Source: Candidatus Omnitrophota bacterium
GTDB lineage: Bacteria; Omnitrophota; Gorgyraeia; 2-01-FULL-45-10
Assembly: GCA_026387175.1 (NCBI GenBank)
Contig: JAPLME010000012.1
Span: forward strand, 69,849 to 133,848
DNA length: 64,000 nucleotides
Direction: 5' to 3'
The position numbers were made by a program, and so were the translations under genes. Positions 1 to 8,562 of the stretch are shown piece after piece. Every line of letters begins with the position of its first letter. The stretch's first letter is position 1. The notes beneath the pieces are model-generated. The model worked only from the letters and a program-made list of their open reading frames with translations, was not told where the DNA came from and did not search any database.

Positions 1-287
1 TTTTAAATAATACGAAGATCTCCGACGCCCTGTCCGGTAATAAGGTAAGAGTCGGCATGACTAAAAAGGAGCTTGTCGCCCAGATCGGGTATCCGCCCGA
101 CGGTGCGATCGGGCAGGGCCCGCTCTTCTCCAACTTTGTCCAGTCCAGAGCAACGGCCGCGGGCAAGGAGGAGTCCTGGACCTATCAGATCAGTAAGACG
201 GTTGACGGCGTGAAAAGCGTTACCTTCAAGATCGTCGATGGAAAGGTCGCCGCGTGGAACGAGTGGCTGGACACAGGCAGAAAATAA
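1..287 (+). CDS. partial (5'-truncated by window) small lipoprotein with SmpA/OmlA (BamE-like) fold
   Basis: Frame is open from nt 3 to the stop at 287. Motif GMTKKELVAQIGYPPD matches the BamE-family G-M-T-k-x-x-V-x-x-x-l-G-x-P start of the domain. Confidence 0.45.
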   Translation, partial: LNNTKISDALSGNKVRVGMTKKELVAQIGYPPDGAIGQGPLFSNFVQSRATAAGKEESWTYQISKTVDGVKSVTFKIVDGKVAAWNEWLDTGRK

Positions 288-316
288 GTTTTTAACTTTA
301 GGGATGGTTCATAAAG

Positions 317-1690
317 ATGACTAAATTAAATTGTTGGGAATACAAAAAGTGCGGGAGGGAAAAAGGCGGCTCCAAAGCCGCTAAGTTAGGTATATGTCCT
401 TCTTATCCCGATCATGGTCGAGATTGCTGGTTTGTTGCCGGGACACTTTGTGGGGGTAAGATTCAGGGGACTTCTGCTGAAAAGTTCGGCAATTGCCAAA
501 AGTGTGATTTCTTTAAGAAAGCTACGAAAAATCAAGAAGGGCTGATTAACGCACTTAGTGAAAAATATGCTTTGAGTAACAATATTTTACTCAATACCAA
601 TGATTCTGTGATCGAAGTAGATAAGAATCAAGCCATTACTTTTATCAATAAAACCTGCCTTAAAAAGACCGGATATAAGCAGGAAGAGGTCTTGGGGAGA
701 ATTAAAGCTAATGAGTTATGGCAAGGCCGCGGCAGGAAGGGCCATATTCCTGAAAAATGTTTAAAAGGAAGCCGAGTGATTAAACCTATAAAGCGCCTAC
801 TTGAAAATAGACAAGGAGATAAAAAGTGGTTTCTTGTCAGCGCCGGACCATTAATAAATGTTTTGGGGACGGTAAAAGGCGCGTTTGTCGTATATACCGA
901 TATTGATCTTATGGTAAAACAAAACGAAGAAATCAAAAGAAAAAATAAAGAATTAAAGAAACTTGATCAACTAAAATCACAATTTGTTGCTAATGTTTCA
1001 CATGAATTCAAAACCCCCCTTGCCATTATTAAGGGGTCTTTAACCATTATTCTTGATGGGCTGGTAGGCCGAATAACACCCGAACAAGAAAGCATGCTTA
1101 AGGCGGGAAAAAATAATATAGAGCGCCTCATTCGATTAGTTATGAATATCCTGGATGTTTCCAAAATAGAATCAGGAAAGATGAAGATGAAGGTGGTTCC
1201 GGTAAATATCTCTACGTTAGTGGAAGAAGTATTGGAAGACTATAAAGACGAACTGCTTAAAAGGCACCTGGTTCTTAAATATGAAGGTCGCCTTTCCGGG
1301 GAACAGGTTACTCGACAACTTTTAGCCGATAGAGACATGATGATTCAGGTTATTACAAATTTATTAACTAACGCGATTAAATATACCCCTGATAATGGGA
1401 TTATCAGCGTTAAAATCAAAGGGGATAAAGAGAAAGTTCGATTAGAGATTGCTGATACCGGTCCAGGTATTCCGAAGAAGTATGTCAATAAGATATTTGA
1501 TAAATTTGAACGTATTACCGCTGAAAAAGAAGAGGGTACAGGATTGGGCCTTCCAATAGCAAAAGATATTGTCAATCTTCACAAAGGAAAGATTTGGGTA
1601 GAAAGCGATATTGGGAAGGGTAGTCGTTTTATCGTTATTTTGCCGCTCGCTTCAACAAGAAGCCGAATGAGCTTAATAAAAAAAACATGA
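317..1690 (+). CDS. sensor histidine kinase: N-terminal Cys-rich domain with two C-W motifs, PAS, HisKA, HATPase_c
   Basis: N-terminus NCWEYKKCG...CPSYPDHGRDCWFVAGTLCGG...CQKCD (8 Cys, two CW dipeptides). H-box SHEFKTPLAIIKG. N/G1/G2 boxes NLLTNAIKYTPDNG, DTGPGIP, GTGLGLPIAK. Confidence 0.85.
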   Translation: MTKLNCWEYKKCGREKGGSKAAKLGICPSYPDHGRDCWFVAGTLCGGKIQGTSAEKFGNCQKCDFFKKATKNQEGLINALSEKYALSNNILLNTNDSVIEVDKNQAITFINKTCLKKTGYKQEEVLGRIKANELWQGRGRKGHIPEKCLKGSRVIKPIKRLLENRQGDKKWFLVSAGPLINVLGTVKGAFVVYTDIDLMVKQNEEIKRKNKELKKLDQLKSQFVANVSHEFKTPLAIIKGSLTIILDGLVGRITPEQESMLKAGKNNIERLIRLVMNILDVSKIESGKMKMKVVPVNISTLVEEVLEDYKDELLKRHLVLKYEGRLSGEQVTRQLLADRDMMIQVITNLLTNAIKYTPDNGIISVKIKGDKEKVRLEIADTGPGIPKKYVNKIFDKFERITAEKEEGTGLGLPIAKDIVNLHKGKIWVESDIGKGSRFIVILPLASTRSRMSLIKKT

Positions 1691-1753
1691 TAAGAGGACA
1701 GTTAATCAAGGGACAGATATGGTATAATTTATCTTATGGAAATGAGGTGAAAA

Positions 1754-2977
1754 ATGATCCCCCAGCAAAATAATCAACTGAAGCTTTTAAAGCTGCGAAA
1801 ACGCCTTAATCAGTTGTCTCTGGAAGACTCTCACACCGGACTTTATAATCATCGCTATCTTATGTACAGGATAGATGCCGAGTTCGCCCGCGCAAAAAGA
1901 TTTAATCTGAAACTCTCTGTAATGATGATGGACCTGGACTATTTTAAATCGATAAACGATACGTATGGCCATCGCTTTGGGGATGTGATCCTGTGCCAAT
2001 TCGCTTTGCAGCTTAAGAAGATCCTCCGTAAGGGAGACGTTATTGCGAGATTCGGCGGGGATGAATTCGTCGTTATACTTATAGATACTGATAATGTCAC
2101 CGCAGAGTCTGTCGGTCAAAAGATAATTGAGCGAATTAACGAATATGCTTTCGGCAATAAAAAATATTCAATAAATCTTAGGGTGAGCATAGGCATCTCG
2201 TCGTATCCTATGCACAACGTCCAAAAAGCCATCGATTTGATCGATATAGCCGACAAACATCTTAATATAGCTAAAGAGCTCGGAGGGGGCAGGTTAGTAC
2301 TGTCTCCGGACACCAAACAAGAGATATCTAAATACAACCAGGAAGGTATCCAGGTCTCTCTTGTAAAAAAGAGGATAGCTAATCTGGCAAAAAGGGCAAA
2401 CCGAAGTTTTGTTGAGGCGATATATGCCTTGGCAAAGGCGTTGGAGTTTAAAGATCGCTACAGCGTAAAGAATGTGGAAAAGAGTTTATATTATGCCCAA
2501 GAGATCGCTAAGAGATCTGGTTTTGTATCGCGAGACATCGATCTTATAAGGCACGCCGCCATGCTGCACGATCTGGGAAAGATTGGCATAAAAGAAAAGG
2601 TCTTGTTTAAAAAAAGGCGGCTGTCGAAGTCGGAATTTGAAAAGGCCAAGATGCACCCACAAATCGCCGTTGATATTATCAGGCCTATCCATTTCTTAAA
2701 AGATGTTATACCATGGATCCTGCACCATCATGAAAGATGGGATGGTAAGGGTTACCCGGACGGCCTGAAAGGAGAAGATATACCGCTGGGCTCTCGCATC
2801 ATTGCGATAACGGACGTTTATCAAGCATTGAGTTCCGATAGGGTATATAGGAAGGCATACGGTAAAAAGAAGGCTATAAATATAATAAAAGAGTGGGCAG
2901 GCACTAAATTCGATCCTCGCCTTGTTGATATATTTCTCGATATTCTCCAGTTAGAGAAGAAAAATAAAAGGGCATAA
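1754..2977 (+). CDS. GGDEF diguanylate cyclase fused to HD-GYP phosphodiesterase domain
   Basis: RFGGDEFVVIL active-site motif. Downstream HD motif HAAMLHDLGKIGI and HHERWDGKGYPDGL (GYP). SD gaggtga upstream of ATG. Confidence 0.85.
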   Translation: MIPQQNNQLKLLKLRKRLNQLSLEDSHTGLYNHRYLMYRIDAEFARAKRFNLKLSVMMMDLDYFKSINDTYGHRFGDVILCQFALQLKKILRKGDVIARFGGDEFVVILIDTDNVTAESVGQKIIERINEYAFGNKKYSINLRVSIGISSYPMHNVQKAIDLIDIADKHLNIAKELGGGRLVLSPDTKQEISKYNQEGIQVSLVKKRIANLAKRANRSFVEAIYALAKALEFKDRYSVKNVEKSLYYAQEIAKRSGFVSRDIDLIRHAAMLHDLGKIGIKEKVLFKKRRLSKSEFEKAKMHPQIAVDIIRPIHFLKDVIPWILHHHERWDGKGYPDGLKGEDIPLGSRIIAITDVYQALSSDRVYRKAYGKKKAINIIKEWAGTKFDPRLVDIFLDILQLEKKNKRA

Positions 2978-3192
2978 GCGAGGCCCAACAATGTCAAGCC
3001 GAGCACGATAAGAGTGAAGCTTGAAATTCTACGGTAAAGTAGTTAGTGAAACCTCACTTCGCGTTAATGGAGCAGGCATTAGCATATTATCTTTTAGGAT
3101 TGACCTATTTATGCCAAAGTGGTACGATTTATCATCGGTCGGGCCGTAAAGAGGGCTATGTGCCGGAGACGGTAAAAACAAGGAGGGCAGTA

Positions 3193-3537
3193 ATGAAAAA
3201 GATAGCAATTGTTTTGCTGGCGCTTGCATTCGTCAGCCCTGCGATTTTTGCGCAGACGGCGACCCCAGAGAAAAAATCTGTTGCGGAAAAGGCAAGCACG
3301 GTTGTAGGTAAAATAGTCGATGTTACGGTGGCAGATCCTGCGAAAGGCGTCACCGCAGGAGTCATAACCGTTGCAGACGAGACGGGGAAAACTACCACCT
3401 TTACGGTAAAAGCGACCGCAAAGATTCTCGCGCACACCTTGGATGTCATTACCTTAAATAAATTAAAGGTAGGAGATAAGGTTAAAATAGAAACATCTTC
3501 AGCAAACGATGCGCAGTCAATAAAAGTTGTAAGATAA
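3193..3537 (+). CDS. small secreted protein (signal peptide), unknown function
   Basis: AGGAGGG SD at 3181-3187, ATG 3193. MKKIAIVLLALAFVSPAIFAQ signal peptide. The track's upstream extension (3046) lacks an SD. Confidence 0.5.
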   Translation: MKKIAIVLLALAFVSPAIFAQTATPEKKSVAEKASTVVGKIVDVTVADPAKGVTAGVITVADETGKTTTFTVKATAKILAHTLDVITLNKLKVGDKVKIETSSANDAQSIKVVR

Positions 3538-3560
3538 AGAAAATATATCACAATCGTAGA

Positions 3561-3598
3561 GGACGTTCTTACCTACCTGTCGGTAGGTAAGAACGTCC
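3561..3598. repeat. perfect 17-bp stem / 4-nt loop hairpin (possible terminator or protein-binding site)
   Basis: ggacgttcttacctacc-tgtc-ggtaggtaagaacgtcc. No U-tract follows on either strand. Confidence 0.5.
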
Positions 3599-3679
3599 CC
3601 TACGTTGTAGATAAACCTGATGGCTAATCTGTTACGTTGACCAAAGTTAAATATCAAAAAGTAATATTTCAAAATCATA

Positions 3680-3712
3680 AAAAGACCTCTAAAGTTGAGA
3701 GGTCTTTTTTGT
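3680..3712 (+). terminator. rho-independent terminator
   Basis: aaaagacctct-aaagtt-gagaggtctttttt: GC stem plus T-run. Confidence 0.6.
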
Positions 3713-3770
3713 TCCCAAAATTTATGGTATAATCAAAAAAATTGCTTCACAATGACATTTGAATACCCAT

Positions 3771-4727
3771 ATGAAACCCATGAAAAATCAACGTTCCAAA
3801 AAACCCACGATGTCGTTCCCTAGGTATGGAAAATATACGCCGCTCCTCTCAGAGCTGTTTACAAGATTGGGTGCGAACGTCATAATACCTCCTCCCATAA
3901 CAAAACGCACTACGGAGCTGGGAACGCTCTATTCTCCTTCGGAAGTATGCTATCCATTCAAAATCACGCTTGGCACACTGATAGAGGCGTCGGAGCTGGG
4001 CGCCGAGTCTGTCGTCATGGCCAATTCGGAAGGCTGGTGCATTTTACGCTGCTATAACATCGTACAGGCTGAGATCATGAAGGCACATGGCTATAAAGCC
4101 GCGATGGCTCCCATATGTATACGTAAACCTATTAAATTCGTGCGCGACGCTAAACGGCTCATCCCGGGATTATCTGTTTTTAAACTCACAAAGGAGATGT
4201 ATAGGTTTTTTAAAAAAGTGAAAGAGCTCGATAAGATCGAGGGCTCGATTAACAAGAATGCGGATATAAAGATAGGGATAGCGGGCGAGGTGTATGTCTG
4301 CAATGAAAATACGGTCAATATGGATATAGTAAAAAAACTTCAGGCATTAGGCGTCTTTGTGGACAGATGGTTATGTCTTTCCAATAATGTCTCGATGCTT
4401 TTTCAGGACATGTTCGGCGTCAGTAATATTTCTAAATATTCCAGGTTGGCAAAGAAATATTTTCCGGTCCGGATAGGAGGGCATGCCAATGAGAATCTGG
4501 TCAAGCTGATAAAATATGCCGAGGAGGGTTACGACGGCGCGATAATGCTTAAACCGTTCGCGTGTAATCCCGAAACAGTCATCGAGCCGATAGTGGACCG
4601 CATAAGCCGCGATTACGATATGCCGATACTATGCCTTAGCATCGATGAGTCCACCCTGGAGACGCATTTTCAGACCAGAGTCGAATCATTCGTTGACATG
4701 CTTAAGATGAGAAAGGCTTTAATATGA
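3771..4727 (+). CDS. putative partner of CoA-enzyme activase (DUF2229-like / 2-hydroxyacyl-CoA dehydratase-associated family), start uncertain
   Basis: Sequence style YSPSEVCYPFKITLGTLIEA and location directly upstream of, and 4-nt overlapping, a BadF/BadG ATPase. Track start 3759 is a TTG. ATG at 3771, 3780 and 3810 are alternative starts. TATAAT at 3727. Confidence 0.5.
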   Translation: MKPMKNQRSKKPTMSFPRYGKYTPLLSELFTRLGANVIIPPPITKRTTELGTLYSPSEVCYPFKITLGTLIEASELGAESVVMANSEGWCILRCYNIVQAEIMKAHGYKAAMAPICIRKPIKFVRDAKRLIPGLSVFKLTKEMYRFFKKVKELDKIEGSINKNADIKIGIAGEVYVCNENTVNMDIVKKLQALGVFVDRWLCLSNNVSMLFQDMFGVSNISKYSRLAKKYFPVRIGGHANENLVKLIKYAEEGYDGAIMLKPFACNPETVIEPIVDRISRDYDMPILCLSIDESTLETHFQTRVESFVDMLKMRKALI

Positions 4728-5683
4728 AATTCTTCCTCGGAGTGGATATAGGGTCTGTCTCCGTCAAGATGGCTGTATTGAATGAAGAGAAGGCCCTGAT
4801 GGGAAGCGTATATGTGGAAACTGCCGGCGCGCCCCTTGAAGCTCTGTGCAAAGCGGCGGCAGAGATAAAAAATACTGTTGAAAAACATTCGGCGCAAATA
4901 TGCGGCATAGGTATCACCGGAAGCAGCAGAAAGCTGGCAGCGCTTGTTCTGGGGGCGGACGTAATAAAAAATGAGGTTACTGCGCAAACCGTGGCCGCTT
5001 TACATTACGATCCGCGCATAGCTACCGTAATAGAAATCGGCGGGCAAGATTCAAAGGTTATACTCCTTAAGGACGGCATACCTACCTGGCATAACCTTAA
5101 TACGTTATGCGCGGCGGGCACCGGATCGTTCCTTGCCTCGCAGGCAATACGGCTTGGCATCCCGATAGAGGAATTTGGAAACTACGCCCTTCGATCGACA
5201 GTCAGGGTAAACATCGCTTCGAAGTGCACAGTATTCTCGGAAAGCGATATGATACATAAGGCGGCGCTTGGCTGTCGAAAGGAAGATATAATAAACGGCC
5301 TTTGCGAAGGCCTGGCGCGAAATTTTATAAATAATGTGGCGCGCAACAGAGAAATGCCCGATCCCGTTATTTTCGTCGGAGGCGTAGCGTCGAATATAGG
5401 TGTAGTTCGCGCATTTGAGGCGGCGCTCAAGACCAGGATAACCGTACCTGAAGAACACCGGATCACCGGATGCGTAGCTATGGCGCTTCTGGCTCTAAGG
5501 AGCGGCATAAAAGAATCGGCGTTTAAAGGCTTTGGCCTGCTCGACAAAGAAGTAAGGGCCGGCTTCTTTTTATGCGAAGACTGCCCAAACCAGTGTGAGA
5601 TAACCAGGGTTAATGTTGAAGAGAAAAGCGTCGGCTGTTTTGGCTCCAGATGCGGGAAACATAACAGCGCGCTTTCAGCATAA
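4724..5683 (+). CDS. BadF/BadG/BcrA/BcrD-type ATPase (CoA-substrate-specific enzyme activase-like) with C-terminal Cys cluster
   Basis: MKFFLGVDIGSVSVKMAVL (actin-fold phosphate-1 motif) and GIGITGSSRK. C-terminal CEDCPNQCEI...CFGSRCG. Confidence 0.8.
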   Translation: MKFFLGVDIGSVSVKMAVLNEEKALMGSVYVETAGAPLEALCKAAAEIKNTVEKHSAQICGIGITGSSRKLAALVLGADVIKNEVTAQTVAALHYDPRIATVIEIGGQDSKVILLKDGIPTWHNLNTLCAAGTGSFLASQAIRLGIPIEEFGNYALRSTVRVNIASKCTVFSESDMIHKAALGCRKEDIINGLCEGLARNFINNVARNREMPDPVIFVGGVASNIGVVRAFEAALKTRITVPEEHRITGCVAMALLALRSGIKESAFKGFGLLDKEVRAGFFLCEDCPNQCEITRVNVEEKSVGCFGSRCGKHNSALSA

Positions 5684-5724
5684 ACTGGTTTATGGTATAA
5701 TTATAAAAATTACCGAGGTGAGAA

Positions 5725-6066
5725 ATGCTCAGAGGCTGTATAGTTATTTTAATCCTGACGTTCGGAATATTGATATTTTCTCCCTCCTGCCCTAAAGATA
5801 GTCTTGCCCAACAAAACATACGCGCCGTGGAAGGCAAGATATACGCGATAGATACATTCAAATCCACCGTTACCGTGAAGTCACTCATGCTCGCTCCGGT
5901 TATCAAATATAGCGATGTCACTCTCTTCGTCGGGCCCAATACGAAAATAAAGCGTTTAGGCAGTGACATAAGCATTTTCGATCTTACTATGGGTTGCCCT
6001 GTAAATGTCCAATATGCCGATAAAGTTGGCACCCCGGAAGCATTATCGATCACGGTTACTAAATGA
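5725..6066 (+). CDS. secreted/lipoprotein-like hypothetical protein
   Basis: SD gaggtgag. Hydrophobic N-terminus LILTFGILIFSPSCP (lipobox-like Cys). Confidence 0.5.
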   Translation: MLRGCIVILILTFGILIFSPSCPKDSLAQQNIRAVEGKIYAIDTFKSTVTVKSLMLAPVIKYSDVTLFVGPNTKIKRLGSDISIFDLTMGCPVNVQYADKVGTPEALSITVTK

Positions 6067-6083
6067 TGATAAGGAGATACCAG

Positions 6084-6959
6084 ATGAATAGAAGCGTGTT
6101 TATTGCCGGGGCGGTTCTTTTTGCCGGCTTAATTTTTGCCGGCTTATCCTGTGCCGCGGACGCCCCGAAACTGACCGCAGGTCATGTTGAGCGGGTGGTA
6201 GCGGATGCCGTTAAGCTCCTCCAGGAGAAAGGGGAAAGCGCTTTTCCTGAATTCAAGAAAGAAGTGGAGAGGTGGGAAGTAGGCGATACATATATATTCG
6301 TTCTCGACACAGACGGAAATATGGTCATTCATCCGGACCCCGCGCTTGAAGGAAAGAATCAGATAAATCTTAAAGATATGGTCGGCAGGCCGATAACAAA
6401 GATGTTTATAGAAACGACTTCCGATAAAGACGGCGTGGGCTGGGTGCATTATATGTGGCCGAGGCCCAACGGGATATTCCCCACATGGAAGAGCACTTTC
6501 GTCAGAAGGGTGACCGCGCCGTCCGGGAAGACGTATATTGTCGGCTGCGGCATATATAACATGAAAATGGAAGAGGAATTTATCGTGGACGAAGTGAACG
6601 ATGCGGCGGCGCTTATCGAGCAAAAAGGAGGGGCTGCGTTCGACGTATTGCGCGATAAGACAGGGCCGTTCGTTTTCTTCGATACATACATATTTGTGGA
6701 TGCGCCGGACGGCACAGAGCTGGTGAACGGCGGCTTTCCCGGTATCGAGGGGAAGAATATCATGGATTTTAAAGACGTTAACGGCAAATACCTGGTGCGC
6801 GATTATATAAACCTGGCGCTTAAAGACGGTGAGGGATGGATAAAATATTTCTGGCCAAAACCGGGAAGCGACGTGCCTTCTGAAAAGCGCACCTATGTGA
6901 AAAAAGTAAAGTACGGCGATGAGACATTTATAGTAGGATGCGGCGCGTATCTGGAATAA
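6084..6959 (+). CDS. periplasmic tandem single-Cache (sCache_2-like) domain protein
   Basis: AAGGAGA SD then ATG 6084 and a signal peptide. Two internally repeated ~130-aa units (…GDTYIFVLDTDGNMVIHP… and …FDTYIFVDAPDGTELVNG…, each ending …IVGCGIY / IVGCGAY) are typical of Cache_2. Confidence 0.7.
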   Translation: MNRSVFIAGAVLFAGLIFAGLSCAADAPKLTAGHVERVVADAVKLLQEKGESAFPEFKKEVERWEVGDTYIFVLDTDGNMVIHPDPALEGKNQINLKDMVGRPITKMFIETTSDKDGVGWVHYMWPRPNGIFPTWKSTFVRRVTAPSGKTYIVGCGIYNMKMEEEFIVDEVNDAAALIEQKGGAAFDVLRDKTGPFVFFDTYIFVDAPDGTELVNGGFPGIEGKNIMDFKDVNGKYLVRDYINLALKDGEGWIKYFWPKPGSDVPSEKRTYVKKVKYGDETFIVGCGAYLE

Positions 6960-6966
6960 ATGGAAG

Positions 6967-7368
6967 ATGATAAAAAAACTCATAAGGACGATCGCTGTTA
7001 TAGAATTGTCAATAGGCGCCTTCACCATATGCGGTATCACGATATACGGGTTACTTGCGATATCGAGAAAGCCGCTTAATGTATTTATATTCGTTTTCCT
7101 GGCAGGCGTGGCATCCAGCGTTATCGGGATGGGGCTTTTCAATTATAAACACTGGGCGAGAAATTTATTAATCTTCTTCTCCGGATATATCATTCTTATC
7201 AAGATAATGATTTTCGCAGATCTACTACACTTAAATGGGGAGATAATGACATTTCCTCCGGCCAGTTTAAAAAATTACATCTCGATAGCATACCATGGTT
7301 TCATAGTGCTGTTTCTCACCAGACAGACCGTCAAAGAGTGCTTTATTAAAAATGAGCTCCGCAATTAA
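6967..7368 (+). CDS. small integral membrane protein, unknown function
   Basis: 3-4 hydrophobic helices. Overlaps the next gene by 17 nt. Confidence 0.45.
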   Translation: MIKKLIRTIAVIELSIGAFTICGITIYGLLAISRKPLNVFIFVFLAGVASSVIGMGLFNYKHWARNLLIFFSGYIILIKIMIFADLLHLNGEIMTFPPASLKNYISIAYHGFIVLFLTRQTVKECFIKNELRN

Positions 7369-8086
7369 TAAATTTGCTTTAGAACGCGCTTTGTCGAAAA
7401 TGGGCGTGGCTTCTCGCAGTCAGACCCGGGAATGGATCCTGGAGGGGCGGCTAAAAGTTAATGGAAAGACGGTTAAAGACCCTCTTCGCATTGTTCTTCC
7501 CGGGAAAGATAAAATTACTTTGGACGGAAAGGAAGCGCGGAAAAAGACCCGGGAGACGATCCTGCTGTATAAGCCGAGATCCGTTGTGACGACTCGGTCT
7601 GATGAGCATGGCCGCCGCACGATTTTTAATCTGCTACCCGAAGAGCTGCAATCTCTTCATCCGGTGGGCCGTCTGGATATGGCTACTACCGGGCTGCTAC
7701 TGTTGACCAATGATACGAAGCTTTCAGCTTATTTGGCCGACCCCGCCAATGCTATTGTGCGCGTCTATGCGGTATCCGTTAAGGGTAAGGTCACGGACGC
7801 GGAAGTCCGTAAACTTATCGAGGGTGTTTGGGACCGCGGCGAATTTTTAAAACCGTTAAAGCTAACCCTGCGTAAATCCAGCAATAGAGAGTCCCATCTG
7901 ATCATGGAATTAACTGAAGGGAAAAACAGAGAGATCCGAAGGATATTTGAATCTATCGGCCATGAGGTGACGAGTCTTAAGCGCATTGCCTTCGGTGCCC
8001 TGAAGCTTGGAGACATGCAGCCGGGTGAGTTTCGCCACCTGACGCCGGAAGAGATCAGGGCATTCTTAATTTATATTGATTTATAA
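7352..8086 (+). CDS. RsuA/RluB-family rRNA pseudouridine synthase (S4 domain + PseudoU_synth_2)
   Basis: S4-like N-terminus (LERALSKMGVASRSQ...GRLKVNGK). Catalytic region HPVGRLDMATTGLLLLTNDTKL with the conserved Asp. Confidence 0.9.
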   Translation: MSSAINKFALERALSKMGVASRSQTREWILEGRLKVNGKTVKDPLRIVLPGKDKITLDGKEARKKTRETILLYKPRSVVTTRSDEHGRRTIFNLLPEELQSLHPVGRLDMATTGLLLLTNDTKLSAYLADPANAIVRVYAVSVKGKVTDAEVRKLIEGVWDRGEFLKPLKLTLRKSSNRESHLIMELTEGKNREIRRIFESIGHEVTSLKRIAFGALKLGDMQPGEFRHLTPEEIRAFLIYIDL

Positions 8087-8109
8087 TGAGCACAATGTTA
8101 TAACTAATG

Positions 8110-8265
8110 AAGTTTTAGCATCCCGGAACACGGCGTAAATCCGTGGCGGACCCACCGCTGTAATCGGTACGATGCGCATAGCAATAATAGCTAGCCACTT
8201 TTAACTAATGTTAGAGGGAAGGCATGCGCATCTGGAAAGAACCGTAAGCCAGAAGACCTGCTAAA
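8110..8265 (+). promoter_or_regulatory. cobalamin (B12) riboswitch aptamer
   Basis: CCCGGAACACGGCGTAAATCCGTGGCGGACCCACCGCTGTAA ... TAGCCACTT ... GAGGGAAGGC ... AAGCCAGAAGACCTGC matches the RF00174 cores (GGUGAAAUCC / CNGCAACUGUAA / GCCACUG / GGGAAGGC / B12-box AGYCAGGAGACCUGCC) in the correct order. Confidence 0.8.
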
Positions 8266-8290
8266 GCTGTAGAAAACCGAATCCAACGGC

Positions 8291-8345
8291 AAAGGATTTT
8301 GGCGAAGCGTATAGACGCTTTGTCAGAGTCCTTTTTTATTTTTAT
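8291..8345 (+). terminator. intrinsic terminator (probable riboswitch expression platform)
   Basis: AAAGGA..GGCGAAGCGT-atag-ACGCTTTGTC..TCCTTTTTTATTTTTAT: a 10-bp stem (2 G-U pairs) inside an outer AAAGGA/TCCTTT stem, followed by a U-tract. Confidence 0.55.
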
Positions 8346-8362
8346 ATTCAATAAACCAAAAA

Positions 8363-8415
8363 GGCCGATGTCAGAGACATCGGCACTTAGCCTGTAATAC
8401 GGCTGAATAAACTTG
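8363..8415 (+). repeat. copy 1 of a conserved ~53-nt two-hairpin leader motif (recurs at 32619-32722)
   Basis: ggCCGATGTCagaGACATCGGcacttAGCCtgtaatacGGCTgaataaacttg, followed by GGAGGA SD and ATG 8424. Confidence 0.75.
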
Positions 8416-8423
8416 GAGGACGT

Positions 8424-8558
8424 ATGAATAGGAACAGAAAAAGCAATAAGGGCGGGACGAAAAAAAATAGAAATGATATTATCGCGAGCCGGAAAACTTG
8501 CACGGCCGACGGGACAGGTTTGTCGCATTACGTTCTGATGGACAAGAAGACCAAATAA
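8424..8558 (+). CDS. small basic peptide (44 aa), candidate RiPP precursor; below the ORF-track size cutoff
   Basis: ATG 8424 is 7 nt after GGAGGA. Translation MNRNRKSNKGGTKKNRNDIIASRKTCTADGTGLSHYVLMDKKTK, TAA at 8556. Only 4 nt from the radical SAM gene. Confidence 0.45.
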   Translation: MNRNRKSNKGGTKKNRNDIIASRKTCTADGTGLSHYVLMDKKTK

Positions 8559-8562
8559 GGTA

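Noticed and set aside
3046-3192. Upstream extension of the small secreted protein ORF (track start 3046).
   Set aside because: The AGGAGGG SD and signal peptide begin at ATG 3193. The extension has no SD and would bury the signal peptide.
6144-7142. 332-aa minus-strand ORF.
   Set aside because: Completely antisense to the tandem-Cache gene and membrane protein. No homology-like motifs. Typical antisense shadow.
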